From the NCBI RefSeq assembly GCF_000143415.4, contig NW_003314275.1:811955-875954 (forward strand): a stretch of DNA of 64,000 nt, given 5' to 3'. Positions within the stretch are counted from its first letter, which is position 1. The number at the start of each line of letters is the position of its first letter. This document shows positions 35,280 through 47,745 of the stretch, in pieces. A model generated the notes under the pieces. It worked only from the letters and a program-made list of their open reading frames with translations. It was not told where the DNA came from and did not search any database. Origin of the DNA: Selaginella moellendorffii (lineage: Eukaryota > Plantae > Lycopodiophyta). Both the position numbers and the translations under genes were made by a program.

Positions 35280-37213
35280 ATGCTTGTCGAGGCTCCTCCG
35301 AATCCGAGGACGAGTACGATGACTCGCTATCCTTCTCTTTCGATGTTGAGGACGGTTACAAGGTATTGGGTTCTCCCTTGTATTCTTGCCCTCTTTTCAA
35401 TCTCTTTTTCACGATCAGGTGGCTGACGACACCGCGAGCAGCGCGATCCCTCGATCCAGCATAAACGAGCTGGGGTTCTCATCATCGCTCATCGATCGCG
35501 CCATGGAGATTTCGGGTATTCGTGGAAATCCTCAGCTTTTTTCTTCTTGGAGCTTGACTCTTCTCTAGATTGCGGCAGTGTGGAGGATCTCGCGTCAAAG
35601 ATCCTCGCAATGCAGGTAGGCTCCAGAGTGTTTTTTCCTTTCTTTTCGATGGACAAGGTGATCATCGCAGGAGTTCACCTCTCTCGAAGATATTTTCAGG
35701 GGCAAACTTTCGGAAGAGATGATCGCGAACGCTCGCAAGGAATGTGGTACTTTTCTCTTACGTTGTTCTTTCTTTTCTTGTGTTTTGCAAGCGAAGCTTA
35801 TGACTTACATTCTCTTCCTCTATCTTTCTTTTTCATAGGTGCCAATGCTCAAGACTCAGCCATAGCTGATTACATTTTTTCGCAGCATCCAGATCTGCTT
35901 CGAGCAGAGGTAAGTTCGCGACAACGTTTTAGTCGTTCTTCATTTTTGTTTTTTTGCGTAGGAGGCATCGGACAAACATCTACATGGTAGACTCAAATCC
36001 ATGGGCTTTTCAGACGAGCAGATAGCTAATGCGCTCGGATTGTTCGGTAACCTGCTTGCTACTTTTGTATTCATTGATTTCTGTAGGAAACGATGCGAAG
36101 CTCGAGGACGTCGTCGAGCATATCTTCGCCAAGGAAGCCGCACCACGGCTTGAAGAAAAACCAGACCTTGCAAGGATCTACCGAGAGTGGACGAAGAATC
36201 AAGGCCAGGAAGCAGCAGCCGGAGAGTTGACACCACGGACGGGAAAAGGAAACGAGAAGACGATACCTTCTTCGCCAACTTCGACGACTTGGAGGACAAC
36301 TTTGATGGCTTCCTGCCGGAGCAGCGAAACCAAGGCGATGGGATGGGCTTTGGCATACCGGGGCAGCCAACGAGATCAAGAACGCTGCCATCTTCCAGTC
36401 TCCCTCCACCGTTCTTCTACTTCGAGAACGTAGCGATCATGCCTCGCGGGAGCTGGGAGGACATCACCAGGTTTCTCGACGGCATCGAGCCAGAGCTCGT
36501 CAACTCCAAATGGTTTTGCGCTGCGTCCAGGCAGCGAGGCTACGTCCACAACCTCCCCGTCAAAGGAAGAAGAGCGCTGCCTCCGGGACCGATGACGATC
36601 CAGGAGCTCGTCCCAGGGATGGAGAACGTCCGGACAAGCGCGTCAAGCTCAACTGCATCACCACCTCGAGCGACCGAGCTGCTCGCGTTCAGGCCAGCGC
36701 CGAGGCGTTCTACAACGACGACGACGTCGATCCTCAAGTCTTCCTCGACATGAAGAGAGCCAACCTCGTCTGGCGCGGCCGGGGGATCCTGGCGCCGCTC
36801 GAAGTCCAGGAGCTGGAAGTAGTGCAAGGCTTCGACGTCGGGCACACGAGCTCCGGCCAGTCCCCGGCTGAGCGGATCAAAGCTCTCGGGAACGCCATGC
36901 AAGTCCACACGGTGGCATGGCATCTCTCTCTTCCCAACCGGTATCCGGGTCCTCTCGCTCTTCTCGGGGATCGGCGGCATCGAGGTGGCGTTGGAGAAGC
37001 TCGGTATTCCAATCAAGTTCCTCGAAACCAACGCGGACTGCCACAGGCAGCAACACATATCGTCTTGGGCGACGTGACGGAGCTGTCTCGAGAGAGGATC
37101 GAGGAGCTCGCTGCTCGAGCCGGGGGTGGCTTCGATCTAAGTCGCGGCTCTTCTTCGACTACGTAAGGATTCTCACAACGGTGAGAAGCATCATGGCCAA
37201 GTCGGCGTCGTGA
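35280..37213 (+). pseudogene. DRM: DRM-type (domains-rearranged) cytosine methyltransferase pseudogene
   Basis: UBA-like exons (ELGFSSSLIDRAME; SMGFSDEQIANAL), PPFFYFENVA..W..I.RFL..IEPE.VNSK.FCAA.R.RGYVHNLP, ERIKALGNAMQVHTVAWHLS, SLFSGIGGIEVAL. Frameshifts; the GGSPC catalytic motif is deleted. Confidence 0.88.
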
Positions 37214-37264
37214 TCGAATCCACCAGGCAATTTCTTTTTCCCCGAGAACTCTTTCCAGATTTTG

Positions 37265-37640
37265 ATTGATGATCACAGAGATGGTCGTGGTTTTTGCTAG
37301 AAAAGTCGTGTTTTCGCTAAGAATCCAGGCCCACTCTTTGACAAAACTTTCTTTTTTCCATCATGTGCAAAATCGCTTTATGACCACACAAGAATTTCTC
37401 GAAGATCAAACGAAAGAAAAGATTCAGTGCGAAAATCGCCACAAAGTTGACTGATGTCATCACAGAGACGCATGGAAAAGTCGTGGTTTTCGTGGTCTCT
37501 TTGACAAAATCTTCCTTGTGATCACAGCGTGTTTGACACGAAATTTTTGACGATTTTCGTTTTTTGACTACTGCTTTGGTTTGATCTGCGAGAATTTGAT
37601 TGATGTGATCACAGAGACGCATGGACAAGTCGTGGTGTTT
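37265..37640. repeat. Short dispersed direct repeats (atcacagagacgcatgga.aagtcgtgg, about 3 copies)
   Basis: Copies near 37271, 37459 and 37608. Confidence 0.55.
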
Positions 37641-39067
37641 TCGAATCCAAGCGGCTCTTGACAAGATTTTCCTTTTCTCATCTCGTGAGCTAGTAACTGA
37701 ACTTTAATTTGTGACACAGTTTATATATTATAGTACTATAGTTAGTATATTATCTAGACAACAGACCTTACAAATAAATATTTTTAAATTTATATTTAAA
37801 TTTTGACATTTAACACGATCCAAGTGGTCACTCTCTTCACATGATCCAAGCAACTCATCCTGAAGAAAAAGCAAAAATTAAACAAAAGCTGATCAATAGA
37901 GAAAACATGCACTTGGCACTTTGTGGGCTTCAACGCAGGGAAGAGTCATGGCCATGGCAAGGCCCAGCCATAAAGCCATCACTCTGGGCTCCAAGAAAGA
38001 CAACACCTCACTACAGCACTTGAGAAAGAAAGAGCTAAGCTCTGGAGAAAAGAAGACACCTTAAGAGGAAATTCTTATCTACCCTGGTTGTGTTCCTCAC
38101 CTTGCCATAATGCTAGCTGTGAGGAGGCTATAGCACTCTCCCTGTGACTAACAGCTAACAACAAACAAAAAGAAAAGAGCAAGAAAGGAGAAAAAACGAA
38201 AACACTCACCTTATGCTGGCCATAGCCATGACCTGTGGCAGCTCTGGCACTGCGAGGCTTCTCTCGCAAAGGTTCATGGCTCTGCTGAGGAGGAGATATA
38301 TCCAAGGGTTTGTGAACTATGAGATGTGATTTCTTCAGCAAAATGTCCTCTTACTTGTCCACAGTAAACTTCTTCAAGTAGATCTTATGTTTTTTCTAGG
38401 TTTGCACATCTTTGTAAAATGTTGTCTCTTCTTTGTTTGTACAATTTTCTTCCCATGACTGAATATGGTCTTGTCCTCAAGACAAATTGTTTACACTTGT
38501 CGAAGGTTGAATATCAACTTGGTATTGTTGCTGTTGTAAGGTAGTAGGCAATTGTTGGGAAAAGAACAAGAGGAGGGTGATGAAGAAAATCTTCCCAAGC
38601 TATATCATCCAATTTTCCAATCTAACATTTGTGAGGATATATCAGTTCCATCCCACACTGTCCCAATTGCCTTGCTCGATAGAGCTTTGGGAAGTTCCTC
38701 CTGGATCTTGAAGATGATATGAAGATATCACCTTTCGTGAATATATTTATAAAGGGATTTGTGGAGAAAAGATTTGCAGAGAAGGGATTTGCAAAGGAGA
38801 ACCAAGGTGCCATGAGACAAGCTTTGGTCACAGGAGAGCGTTGGAATGTTCAAAACAGATGGACACAGAGACTTCATGGTGACGATAGCATATTATAAAA
38901 CAAACAAAGAATTAAATTCTTTGAAATACTTTTAGAATGTTTAACGCAAATCGTTGACTAAAGTTGAATTTTGTTTAAAATTGATTTTCAGACTACAGAC
39001 TAACAAAGATTTTTGTTGAGAATTCCAGACTATCCTGTAATCCCAAGTTATATATATACTCAGCACA

Positions 39068-41884
39068 TCAATGGAATGCTTCTAGCTGGACTTCCATCCC
39101 TCTCGATGCCGCTGGGAACTCGTGCCGCGAGTTTCCATTCACCAGCAAGCCCGCAGAGTCATCTTCGCGCTCCTCATCACTGTCGTCCAGGACGTGAACC
39201 GATCGCCCATCCGCGTCCCACGCCGGGGGAGCCTCTCGAGCTTTTCCCTTGTTCCAAAACTGTCTCAGCTCCAAGTAGCCAATGATCCCAGAGACCATGA
39301 ACACCCAGCCGAGCAAGGCCCACTCAAAGCCCCGGACGTGCTCGCTCCCATAGATATCCGCCAGTAGAGACATCCCCGAGGCCAAAGTGACGAGCCCAAA
39401 AACCAGCACGCCCCTCCCCGAGTAGACGTGCAAGTACTCCCAAATCATCCTCAGCTTGTGCTGCTGCTGGCCCGGCGGAGACTTTGCGGGGCGGAAGAAC
39501 GCATTCACCGGCTGGAAGCAAGCCAGGAGAATGCTGAAAAGTCCCAGCTTTACGTGCACCGTCTCTGTGTGGAGGCCCCGGAGCTCGGCAGCCGCGAACA
39601 GGAAGGCTAGCAGCATCACGGTGACGCCCGAGTACTGGAGATAAGTGTGTGCCTGGAACCAAACGTTGTTCTCCAAGTGTTTGAGATACCTTGCCGCTAC
39701 CACGCCTCCCGGGAACAAGACCGCCCAGGCCAGGAACATCATAAACCCGTGGACGACGAGAACGGGCTTCACTTCTTCGTCCGCCTCGGCCGCGCCTTTC
39801 TCCAGGTAGATCACCGTTGCTTTCCTGCTCGTTCTGTCGTGCATGTTTCTGTCCGACGGGAAGTTTGCGTCCCACTTTGATCCCATCGCCCAGACGATCC
39901 TCAGCGGCACCGATGGATCCACGACGTTCTTCTTGCAGGCCCTGTCGTTGTCCGACGAGCACCGCGGTTGCAAGCTCCGGGTGAACTCGAAAGTCACTGC
40001 ACCCTTCTCGGACGAGCACCTCCTGTCCCACAGCTCCTCGCTTGTTTGATGAATGTTTGACGCGTCCCTGCCGTCGATCCAGTAGCTTTTCACGTATCCA
40101 GTCCCGTCCGCCCCTACCCAACCTACGTAGGCGAACGAGTTCACCATCCCTCTGCCAAAGGATATCGCGAGATAGCCGCTCTTTCGCTCGCCTCTCACCG
40201 CGAACGATATGTTCGTGCCACTCGTCGTCCAAAAAACCGTCACCTGTTGCTCGGCCAAAACGACGCTGCTATTGTACATGTCCGAGAGTCCGCCATCCAC
40301 CACCTGGATTTTCCATCCCATCTTCTTCTCGAAGAAAGCCTGGTAGTATACTTCGTCCGGCGTCGTCCTGTTTGGAAGCCAGCTCAAAGCCAACGGATGG
40401 GACAACACTCCGTGAGCATCCGGGCCACCCGCAAAAATGGTCTCGTTTGGATTTGTCGCCCCTCCAACGGGGTCCGAGGTGATGTAGAACGCGACGTCGT
40501 GACCCGCTTGTATGGAAAAAATCACTGGAACGCCCCTCTCAACTTGGACAATGGGAGCCTCCTTCTTGTTGATGTGAAGAACTTTGGTCGGGCTGGGCGG
40601 ATTCGGATAGTGTGCCGCTTCCTCCGACGTAACCACGAGCGGAGAGCCTCTGTCCGCTACAATCACGTCGATCGTCGGCTCGGCTTCCGTCGCCACCAGG
40701 GGGCCCGAGCACTGATTCACAGCCTCGGAGAGAACCAAGTTTACGTGTCCAAACGAGACTCTCCCCGGACCACCGTGGTTCTGCGGCCAGTAAAACGGCT
40801 GCAAGCTGTCCGGCGGCTTGAGCGGACCGAGCGCCCATATCACAGTCATGTTGGCGCTGGGAGCGATCGAGACGTCGAGCTTGGTGTCGGAGCTATACAG
40901 CGGCCTGTTGTAGCGGACGAACGCTACCCCATCTACGTGCTGGCCGTGGACAAGCACAGTGGTGCTGTTGTCGCTGCTACTGTCGTAAACAACGTCGGGA
41001 CACACACCGGATGGATTCTGAAAGTCCCAGTTGCATTCGCTATACTTGCTGATGTAGTAGTCCTCCGCGAAGGGTGTGTCCCTGTTCTTAAACCCCGCCA
41101 CCACCACGTCCGCGTTCATCATCAAGTAGTTCTCTTTCCCTGGCATCGCCCATCCAAACGCCATATACTTCGTCTCCGGCACCACTGCCTCGAGCGCTAT
41201 ATCCACCGAAGAACCATTCCCTGGAAGCGAGCTAGAATTCCCTGGAAGCAAGCTCCACCTTAGCCTGTATAGCGGGCTAAGCTCCACGCAATTCTCCAAG
41301 ACTGTGGCTGGAACCTTTCTTTGCGAGGAAGAAGAAGAGCTCGAATTCTTCCAGCTCGAGTCGAGAACTACGTGACCAAAGTCCGAGGCTGTGATCTCGT
41401 CCCAGACAGCGAGGACTTGGATTTTTTCCCAAGTCACATTCTCCAGGAGCTGGAATTCCATGTCGTCGCTGAGGAGAGTGTGGTTGAGCGACGCGGCCGA
41501 GACTGGGAATCCCTGCGTGAGGTTGCGAAAATCCTCGCCCAGAGATCCCCACCAGCAGACGTGGGGCGAGCCCTGGATCATGTCGAATCCCGTGACGCGG
41601 AAGCTACAGTCGTCGAGGATGGTCACGCGGCCGCGCAGCTGGTGCTGGATCATGCCGAGATCGGCCGAGAATCCGACGAGAGGGCTGTCCTTGGAGCAGC
41701 CCTGGCTGCTGCCGCTCCCGATCGAAGAGCACAGGAGGAGGAGGAGGAGGGGAATCGGAGCAAGGGAAATGGCAGTACCTGTCGGCCGATCCGACGAGCT
41801 CTTCATCCTTGGCGTGGAGCAGCGATCGCATTTGGATTCCTGTGAGCGCCTATAGATCTGGATCCCCAAGAGCCCTAAAAACAC
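39068..41884 (-). CDS. DM13 + DOMON + cytochrome b561 domain protein (At5g54830-like), intronless; true start probably MKSSSDR near 41806
   Basis: 938-aa ORF with signal peptide, HQLRGRVTILDDCSFRVTGFDM (DM13), YMAFGWA..ADVVVAG (DOMON) and VHGFMMFLAWAVLFPGG..H..H (b561). Confidence 0.92.
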   Translation of the reverse strand: MFLGLLGIQIYRRSQESKCDRCSTPRMKSSSDRPTGTAISLAPIPLLLLLLCSSIGSGSSQGCSKDSPLVGFSADLGMIQHQLRGRVTILDDCSFRVTGFDMIQGSPHVCWWGSLGEDFRNLTQGFPVSAASLNHTLLSDDMEFQLLENVTWEKIQVLAVWDEITASDFGHVVLDSSWKNSSSSSSSQRKVPATVLENCVELSPLYRLRWSLLPGNSSSLPGNGSSVDIALEAVVPETKYMAFGWAMPGKENYLMMNADVVVAGFKNRDTPFAEDYYISKYSECNWDFQNPSGVCPDVVYDSSSDNSTTVLVHGQHVDGVAFVRYNRPLYSSDTKLDVSIAPSANMTVIWALGPLKPPDSLQPFYWPQNHGGPGRVSFGHVNLVLSEAVNQCSGPLVATEAEPTIDVIVADRGSPLVVTSEEAAHYPNPPSPTKVLHINKKEAPIVQVERGVPVIFSIQAGHDVAFYITSDPVGGATNPNETIFAGGPDAHGVLSHPLALSWLPNRTTPDEVYYQAFFEKKMGWKIQVVDGGLSDMYNSSVVLAEQQVTVFWTTSGTNISFAVRGERKSGYLAISFGRGMVNSFAYVGWVGADGTGYVKSYWIDGRDASNIHQTSEELWDRRCSSEKGAVTFEFTRSLQPRCSSDNDRACKKNVVDPSVPLRIVWAMGSKWDANFPSDRNMHDRTSRKATVIYLEKGAAEADEEVKPVLVVHGFMMFLAWAVLFPGGVVAARYLKHLENNVWFQAHTYLQYSGVTVMLLAFLFAAAELRGLHTETVHVKLGLFSILLACFQPVNAFFRPAKSPPGQQQHKLRMIWEYLHVYSGRGVLVFGLVTLASGMSLLADIYGSEHVRGFEWALLGWVFMVSGIIGYLELRQFWNKGKAREAPPAWDADGRSVHVLDDSDEEREDDSAGLLVNGNSRHEFPAASRGMEVQLEAFH

Positions 41885-42189
41885 CAGGGTTTAAATTTTT
41901 TAATCATGCTAAAAAGAAAAAGGTTTAAACATTTAAACATGATGAAAATATTTTAAATGTGATTGGAAGCTTTTAAAAATGAAACGTGCCTTTAAACATT
42001 ATCAAGTCAATGGATATCCTCATGTTTAAAAGCATTTATTTTAAATTGTGTTTAAATGATTTTAAATATGTTTAAAACTTTAAAAAATGTTTAGCATTTA
42101 GGGTTTGATTTTTACCACGTCCAACGTAGCGGATGGTTCCTCGATGGAGATGGATACAAGGACTATGTCAGGCTCCAGGGGCGTTGACT

Positions 42190-43030
42190 ATGTCTCAGGG
42201 CTGCTCATGTCTACACGGTAAGGCAGATCCTAAATAGACACTCAATCTCTTTGCGCAGGAACAGGATGACCCCTGGTACATGGTGGGTCGCATATCCGCT
42301 AGCGCAGTGCCCCTGCCTATGGCAACGAGCCGTTCCGGGGCTACCTCAAGCACTGTGTGCCAGACGCGGTCGACTGGAGTTTCGTCCACAGTGCCATGGA
42401 GATGAGCAAGTTCTTCGATGACAAGTGGCAACGCCAAGCTGCTTTCGCAGAGATGCTGCTTAAGTATTTGAGGAGCACGATTCCTAACGTTACTTTGAGG
42501 GTCACGGAGTCTCCAGTCGTGGGTTTGATGCGGAACCTGATATCAAGGTCGAAGCTCTGATCATGAGCGAATGGATTCTCGTCATGCTTGCTGAGATCAA
42601 GCCGGAGCTTGGCCTTGGAGAAAGACCGCCAACACTTGGAGCGGCTCTCCAAGGCTCTTGCGTCTATCGGGCTGGCTGTTTCTTCTCTGGTGGCCTTCTA
42701 CGGCAGGCAAACGCTCGTCGAGTGATCCGAGCATCAGCTGGCCGGAGTTGATCAGAGACGAGCATGCCCAGGGTGCATCGGTTACTCAGTACTGACACCC
42801 TGGGTTTCAGGCTAGCCAGCGAAGGGAGAAGATGCTGCTCTTCTCGTTGCTACGTCCTGCTTCCAAGTGCATCGTCAAGTTTGTCCAGAGATATGGTGTC
42901 GAGGTGCACACGCAGTGGGCGGCGCATGGCTACGCACCTCCATTCAGCTGCAAGCCACTGGAGATGGTAGCGACTGGCTGGTGGTGGACATGGAGTACTG
43001 TACCGAAGCGGCTAAAATTTTATAGAATAT
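42190..43030 (+). pseudogene. Fragment of a fungal/Crinkler-type REase + protein-kinase-like gene
   Basis: LAEIKPELGLGE followed by IVKFVQRYGVEVH..WA.HGYAP...GW.VDMEY, spread over several frames. Confidence 0.45.
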
Positions 43031-43034
43031 TCTC

Positions 43035-44756
43035 CTAATGAGCAAACATGTTGGCAAGGAGAATATACCCCTGCGCGTCCCTTGGCACGAGGACTCCTCT
43101 CACAGCGCTGCTGGATTCATCCACATCTTCGCGTGAATCACTACTGCTGCTACATCGTCCTCTTCTCTTGTGGTTCTTGAGCAGAGATCTCCAATCGGCG
43201 GCATCGGGCTCGTAAGGCATAGTCTCCAGGAGCTCTTGCGCGTCACACAGGTGCCCGGCACGGCTCAGCACATCGATCATCCCGCAGTAGTGCTGCTTCC
43301 GCGCGATCTTGGCGAAATCCAGGGCCAGGGACTGGAAGATCGATCGCGCCCTCGAAATGTCGCCGCTGTGGCTACATCCCAGGAGAAGGCATGTGAAGCT
43401 CGTCTCATCAGCGCCGCAATCTTCCAGATGCATCAACACGAAGATCTCCGCGGCGCGATCGAAGCGGGCGATCTGGGAGTAGGCCACCAGCACGGCATTG
43501 CAAGCCACGGCGCTGGGATCCGGCATTGTCGCCAGGATCTTGTCCGCGCGATCGATCTGGCCAGTGTAGGTGTGGACGAGGATCAGGCACATCCATGCCG
43601 CGGGGCCGCGGTCGGGGATCTCTGCGAAGAACAGGTGCTTGGCGTGGATCACGTCCCTGTGCTGGGCGTATGCCGCTAGCATCGCGTTCCACGACGAGAT
43701 ATTTCTGCCCGGCATTCGATCGAAGAGCTCCCGGGCTTCTTCCAGGCGATCGTTCTGCGCGTAGCCTGAGACCATCGCGTTCCAGGACACCACGCATCGC
43801 TCAGGGACCGTGTCAAAGATGATCTTGGCCTCCTCGAGATGACCGTTTTGAGCATAGGCCGCGAGCATCGCATTCCATGACGCTGTGCTTCGCTCCTCCA
43901 TCGAATCAAACAGGCTCTTGGCGAGGTTGAGCTTGCGATCCTGCGCGTATGTCGACAGCATCGTGGTCACGGAGATGGCATTGCGCTCGGGCATGGAATC
44001 AAACAGCGCCTTGGCCTCGATCATATACCCGTTTTGGGCATACGCAGCGATCGTGGCGTTCCACGACACAAGATCCTTCGCTGGTAAGATCTCAAAGATC
44101 TTCCTCGCCTCGCTAACGTTTTGGATCGATGCATACGCAGTGATCATCGCATTCGCGGATACAGTGTCCCACTCGGGCATGGATTCAAACACTCTCCTCG
44201 CTTCTATCACATAGCCGGTTTGGGCATACGCGACGAGCAATCCAGTCCACGACACGACGTCTCTCACAGGCATCTCATCGAAGATCTTCTTCGCTTCCTC
44301 GACTAACGAGTTCTCCGTGTAGGCATTGAGCATCGCAGTCCAGGAGATCACGTCCCTCTCGGGCATTCGATCGAAGAGTGTTTTCGCCTCGTCCATATGC
44401 CCCGATCGGGCATACGCCGACATGAGCGCGCTCCAGGCGCTTAGCTCCTTCTCGGGCATCTCGTCAAAGAGCTCCTTGGCCTCCCGGAGGTGTCCATTGC
44501 GAGCAAACGCTACCAGCATGGAGAAGAGCGTGAAGGGAGATCTGGAGCTCTCGGGCATCGATGCAAAAACTTTGCGGGCATCGTCGGCGCTGCCACACTT
44601 CCCATACATCTCGATCAGCGTGTTGGAAATGCGGCTGTAGAGATTGCGATCGTTCTCGAGGTCAAGCTTGGATTTTACTTGCTTGTGCTGCTCTCTCACG
44701 CTTGAGAGTGTTCGACACGACTTGAGGCTCGCAAGACACTCCTGTAAGCTCAACAT
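43035..44756 (-). CDS. PLS-class pentatricopeptide repeat protein with partial E domain
   Basis: 573-aa ORF with many xFDxMPERxxxSWxAMxxAYAQNG repeats, HYCGMIDVLSRAGHL and MPYEPDAADWRSLL. Confidence 0.92.
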   Translation of the reverse strand: MLSLQECLASLKSCRTLSSVREQHKQVKSKLDLENDRNLYSRISNTLIEMYGKCGSADDARKVFASMPESSRSPFTLFSMLVAFARNGHLREAKELFDEMPEKELSAWSALMSAYARSGHMDEAKTLFDRMPERDVISWTAMLNAYTENSLVEEAKKIFDEMPVRDVVSWTGLLVAYAQTGYVIEARRVFESMPEWDTVSANAMITAYASIQNVSEARKIFEILPAKDLVSWNATIAAYAQNGYMIEAKALFDSMPERNAISVTTMLSTYAQDRKLNLAKSLFDSMEERSTASWNAMLAAYAQNGHLEEAKIIFDTVPERCVVSWNAMVSGYAQNDRLEEARELFDRMPGRNISSWNAMLAAYAQHRDVIHAKHLFFAEIPDRGPAAWMCLILVHTYTGQIDRADKILATMPDPSAVACNAVLVAYSQIARFDRAAEIFVLMHLEDCGADETSFTCLLLGCSHSGDISRARSIFQSLALDFAKIARKQHYCGMIDVLSRAGHLCDAQELLETMPYEPDAADWRSLLKNHKRRGRCSSSSDSREDVDESSSAVRGVLVPRDAQGYILLANMFAH

Positions 44757-45975
44757 TCACATCTTTCAAGTAATCTCACATCTTTTCTGGAAGAAAAAAC
44801 TTCTCACCTTGGGAATTTTCTCATCCAAAACAAATAAAAACTCTGCGATTTTTCACCCACCATGTCTTTGCTTGAACCTAGACATTGGCATGGAGGTGCT
44901 TTCGGGTACCTGGATTGGTCGCAGCTCAAGAACAGCGTCCCCTGGTGCTCGATCGACGACAGAGACAAAAACCTGGAAACAAAAAACATGTTTCTGAGAT
45001 ATTTTCTTGAGCTCTACGAATTTACCTTTGATAGTTCCTGCTGCGAGCTTCGTCGGCTCTTTGGATCCATAGCCTCTTTCCCCTTGTTTTGTATAGATAA
45101 TATCGGTCTCCGGAAGATCAAGTGACTCGCTTTTCGGCTTTCTGGTCGTGATTTCGCTTCTCGGGACGATCTGGAGCAGTCGAGACGTCGTGTTCCAAGT
45201 CTTTCGCTTCCACATCTCAAACTGGAAAAAGAAAAGAGAAGTTTTATCAGAGACTTTTTGAACAAAACAATCGAAGCTCAAAAACTTACATGGAGGTCCT
45301 TTCAGCTCGGAAGAAACCATCTTGATCATGCTCGGAAAAAACCATCTTGATCATACTCGTCCTCCAACTCTTTAGCAGCTGCTGCCGCTTCTTCGACTTC
45401 TAATTCCGAAAATCTTGCCATCAAGCGCTCATGCTCGAGATCTTCACCATATCCCAGAATCAGCACAAGACATTCATGTAAACTTACGTCACCTTGGGCT
45501 TCTAGACTTCGGTCAGCAGCGGGAGATGGACCTCGAATTCTTCATCGTGTTCTTCTCTGATGTCAGTTTTGGATTTGTAGAACGCGTGAGAGATAGAAGT
45601 GGAGGGACCACGGCTTGCGAAATTGGCCTCCGCTCGAAACTCTGGATATTTTGATAAGACGAGCAAAGTTTCTCGACTCCAACATTGAGAGCATCAACTC
45701 GCAGATTGCTGATCTTCGCGTCGGATGAAAGGAAGGAAAAGCAAGAGATATTCATTTTGTGGGATCTCCTGGACGAGCTTGTGAATGGCACGATTTTCTG
45801 AGCTAAAGATTGGAGCTGCTGGTGTCGCCATCTTTAGGATTCAAAGTAATATTCCAATTAAACTTAACCTGGTTTATAAATTGGAGTTTACTTGATGATT
45901 AAATAAATAAGTCAATTCCGTTTGGGACTTTTTTACAATCGACTGCTAATTTTTTAGCCAAAAATTCAATAAGAA

Positions 45976-46420
45976 TTATAACCAGATGAATAGTTTCTTG
46001 AGCATAACCTTTATGATCAAATAACATTGTAACAGAAAAAGATTCAACAAGGAGATCCATACAATTATACCATCAGCCATATGATGACGACCATCATCAT
46101 ACAGATTAAATAAGTTACCTATATAAATTGTTATCCTTGATAGTTCTATCGAGCAAACTTTCGCAGGTAAGATCAGGCACCTGAATTGTATATGTAAATT
46201 TAGGTTGTCTTGACTACACAGACCCAATAGCACTTTCCAGACAAGTCTACTCCCATTGTAGTGTTCTAAGAATGTAGTCGAAGACCCATGGTGGGAGAAT
46301 CTTGGACACTCCAGTGAGAGGATTCCAGATCATAAAATCTTCTCTTCTCATCCCAGGTAACAAACCACCACTAGAGTTTAGAACACGATCCAAGTCAGAG
46401 TCACGCTTCTGCCACGTGGC
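45976..46420 (-). pseudogene. Truncated F-box gene fragment, paralogous to 62857-63840
   Basis: DRVLNSSGGLLPGMRREDFMIWNPLTGVSKILPP vs DRVLNSSGGLILGMRGKDFMVWNPLTGASKMLPP. N-terminus replaced by the inverted repeat. Confidence 0.75.
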
Positions 46421-46439
46421 ACAGGGGTGGTTCAGATGT

Positions 46440-47506
46440 TGGTGGCCAACGACCATGACCATGTACCCTGTTTTCTCTCTCATTAGTGTCTCCTCAGATC
46501 ATTATCATGGTATCAGATTGTAGATCCTGATGGTTCACCATGCTAGTGTGCTTTCTGATCAACAACCACTAACTACACAGAGTATGGCAGAAGATGGCAA
46601 GCAGTAGTGCTGCTGCCAGTGCATTGGAGCAATGTTTAAATCCCTTTGTACAAAGGGAGATTTTGCAAATTGGGCTGCCCTCCTGAAGGTTGTTTTCTTG
46701 TGTGATAATTGCGATGGGATTGTCGCAGGCAAAGAACCTGAACTAGCCCAAGGTGCTCCTAAATTAGCAGATTGGAAGCTGCACAATCCTAACAACAATA
46801 GGTATTGGTTTAGGCAAATAGTATATTCATCTTCTTGATCTTGATAAGCTCCTACAAATTAAACCAATCTAACCCAGTTTCTTGGTGCTCAAACAGTTGA
46901 ACATGTGGTCACGTTGAAGGGTGAATTCTTCACTTTTAAAGATGGATCCCCAATTTTCTTCTCATAGTAGAGAATGTCATTGATAAACTTCTCAACAGGC
47001 AATTAGGGATCCATCTTTAAAGTGAAGAACTCGCACTTCAATGTGACCACATGTTCAACAGTTTGAGCACCAAGAAACTGAGTTAGATTGGTTCAATTTA
47101 TTGGAGCATTGTTATCAAAATCAAGAAGATGAATATGCTACTCACTAATACCCATTATTGATAGGGTTCGCTTGTTGTGCAGCTTCCAACCTGCTAATTC
47201 AGGAGCACCTTGGGCTGGTTCAAGTTCTTTGCTTGCAACAATCCCATTGCAATTATCACACCAAAAAAACAACCTTCAGGGGGGCAGCCCAATTTGCAAA
47301 ACCTCCCTTATACAAAGAGATTAAACACTGCTCCAATGCATTGGCAGCAGCACTACTGCTCGTCATGTTCCATACTCTATGTAGTCGGCAGTTGTTGATC
47401 AGAAAGCACAAGTCTCTCCTAGCATGGTGAACCATCAGGATCTACAATCTGATACCATGATAATGATCTGAGAAAACAGGGCACATGGTCATGGCCGTGG
47501 CCACCA
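46440..47506. repeat. Long inverted repeat, arms about 510 bp (46440-46955 and 47001-47506), loop about 45 bp
   Basis: cagatcattatcatggtatcagattgtagatcctgatggttcaccatgctag (about 46495) is the exact reverse complement of about 47419-47470. Pairing continues inward to gatggatcc/ggatccatc. Confidence 0.9.
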
Positions 47507-47507
47507 G

Positions 47508-47745
47508 CGTCTCTTTCGTGGCAGCGAATAACAGTGGCTTCAGCTTGGACGAAGCCTGAGCAATCGGCACTTGGTAGACAGCTACTTGCCAACCATGTCG
47601 AAACGTTGATAATAGCAATCCTATACGTGATCTTTGAAAAACGAAACACACGGCTAATTCTTCCACATACTGATTACGTGACATTCGGCTAAGGTGATGC
47701 AAGCATACTTTCCCAAAGGCCTGGACACTCTTTTGACCTGTCCAG
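47508..47745 (-). pseudogene. Duplicated exon/intron fragment of the METTL13 gene
   Basis: Near-identical to 52984-53226 (LLLSTFRHGWQVAVYQVPIAQASSKLKPLLFAATKET). Confidence 0.85.
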
